From Squalus acanthias (lineage: Eukaryota), in contig JASTWF010000329.1 in the NCBI GenBank assembly GCA_030390025.1, positions 310,001-374,000 on the forward strand: a DNA stretch of 64,000 nucleotides, read 5' to 3'. This document shows, piece after piece, positions 62,901-64,000 of this stretch. Made by a program: the position numbers and the translations under genes. The notes below the pieces were generated by a model that was not told where the DNA came from, did not search any database, and was given only the letters and a program-made list of their open reading frames with translations. Every line of letters starts with the position of its first letter. Positions within the stretch are counted from its first letter, which is position 1.

Positions 62901-63855
62901 AGTCGGGGACCTGCTCGATGGCGGAGGAGCGGGCTGGATGGCGCCGGAGGAGTTGGCGAGGCGCATGTCCTGGGTCAACGTCCGGCTCGCGGTCAAAGCC
63001 ATCGAGTCGCTAAAAGTGGCACTGGGCCCCGTCTCCACTAGGTGTGTCGAGGAGGCTCAAGCACGTGGGGCGATCCCGTCCGAACTGACCCCCGTTCGGA
63101 CGGAATTCCTTATCGGCGCCCGGCCCCGAATCCTCCCTCGGGAGCCGCCGCCTCACCACTTGAGCCTTCTCGGAGAAATGCCCTCCGTGCCCTTTCAATC
63201 CGCACGGAGGCGTTTCCTGTACGGGCTGCTCCTGCACACTCTCCACTTTGCCATCTTCGTCTGCCGTCCGGACACGCCTTGGCGTACCATCCTGCCGTCC
63301 GGCGGAGGCGAAGGTCCCCATTGGAAGGCTCTCTACGCGGGAGTCTTCCCTTGTTCTATTGGGGACTTGGCCTGGAGGGTGTTGCACGGAGCAGTCCCGT
63401 GCAATAGGATTTTAAGTAGGTTTACGGACTCCCAGGCTGCTTGCCATTTCTGCGGCCTGGAGGAGTCCGTCTATCACATTTATATTGAGTGTGAGAGGTT
63501 GCAGCCCCTCTTTCATTATTTGAAGGGGCTGCTCCTCAATTTCTGGTTGCACTTCAGCCCCACGCTCCTGATCTACGGTCACCCGGTGCGGAGGGGAGCG
63601 GGTAGGTCGGAGGACCTCCTCGTAGGACTGCTCCTGGGCCTGGCCAAGAAAGCCATTAATTGGTCCAGGCAGCGGGCGGTCGAGGGGGTCGTTCGGCCCG
63701 ATTGCCTGCCTCTCTTCCGCGGCCATGTTCGCGCCCGGGTGGCCCTGGAGATGGAGCACGCGGTGTCCGCCGGCACGCTTGAGTTTTTCCGCGACCGGTG
63801 GGCGCCGCGGGGGCTGGAGTGCATCGTCACCCCGGACTTCCAAATTTTGATTTGA
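59957..63855 (+). CDS. Tx1 ORF2, copy 2, same frameshift at ~60145
   Basis: Only four amino-acid differences from copy 1 spotted by eye in the 1266-aa frame. Confidence 0.9.
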
Positions 63856-64000
63856 TTTATTAAGTTTCATTTCAAGTTTTAATTGATTTACAGTAAATTT
63901 GGTTTTTTTTTTTGTCCAACCAAAAAGAGGAACACCAGGTTATAGTCCAACAGTTTTCTTTGAAATCACAAGCTTTCGGAGCGCTGTTCCTTCGTCAGAC

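Larger units (their letters stand above)
56800..63930 (+). mobile_element. Full-length Tx1-clade element, copy 2
   Basis: Head-to-tail near-copy of copy 1, period ~7.17 kb. Confidence 0.93.

Noticed and set aside
49581..63982. LTRs of an LTR retrotransposon
   Set aside because: The repeats are 52-bp pieces of another element. The internal ORFs are APE-RT with no integrase or protease.

Overview
This is eukaryotic DNA, most likely from a cartilaginous fish (inferred from the HE1-type V-SINE, the CR1 tails and the ZNF style). The window is a C2H2 zinc-finger gene cluster: one intact 16-finger gene and four disrupted paralogs. Each gene follows the same plan of shared CpG promoter, then a minisatellite, then a splice acceptor and finger array. 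Four of the five lie in a ~14-kb inverted duplication (about 3.7-17.4 kb versus 28.6-43.3 kb). The rest is mostly mobile DNA: nested CR1 LINEs (two with an SGNH-esterase ORF1), a MITE, a V-SINE, Penelope-type fragments carrying minimal hammerhead-ribozyme motifs, and many satellites. The most striking structure is at 49.6-64 kb. Two young, full-length Tx1-clade retrotransposons sit head-to-tail inside the antisense strand of a small hammerhead-bearing element. They are bounded and separated by three copies of an unusually long 52-bp target repeat. An unoccupied copy of that target, with its own 11-bp TSD, lies at 40047-40186. All calls were made by eye; no database searches or alignments were run.
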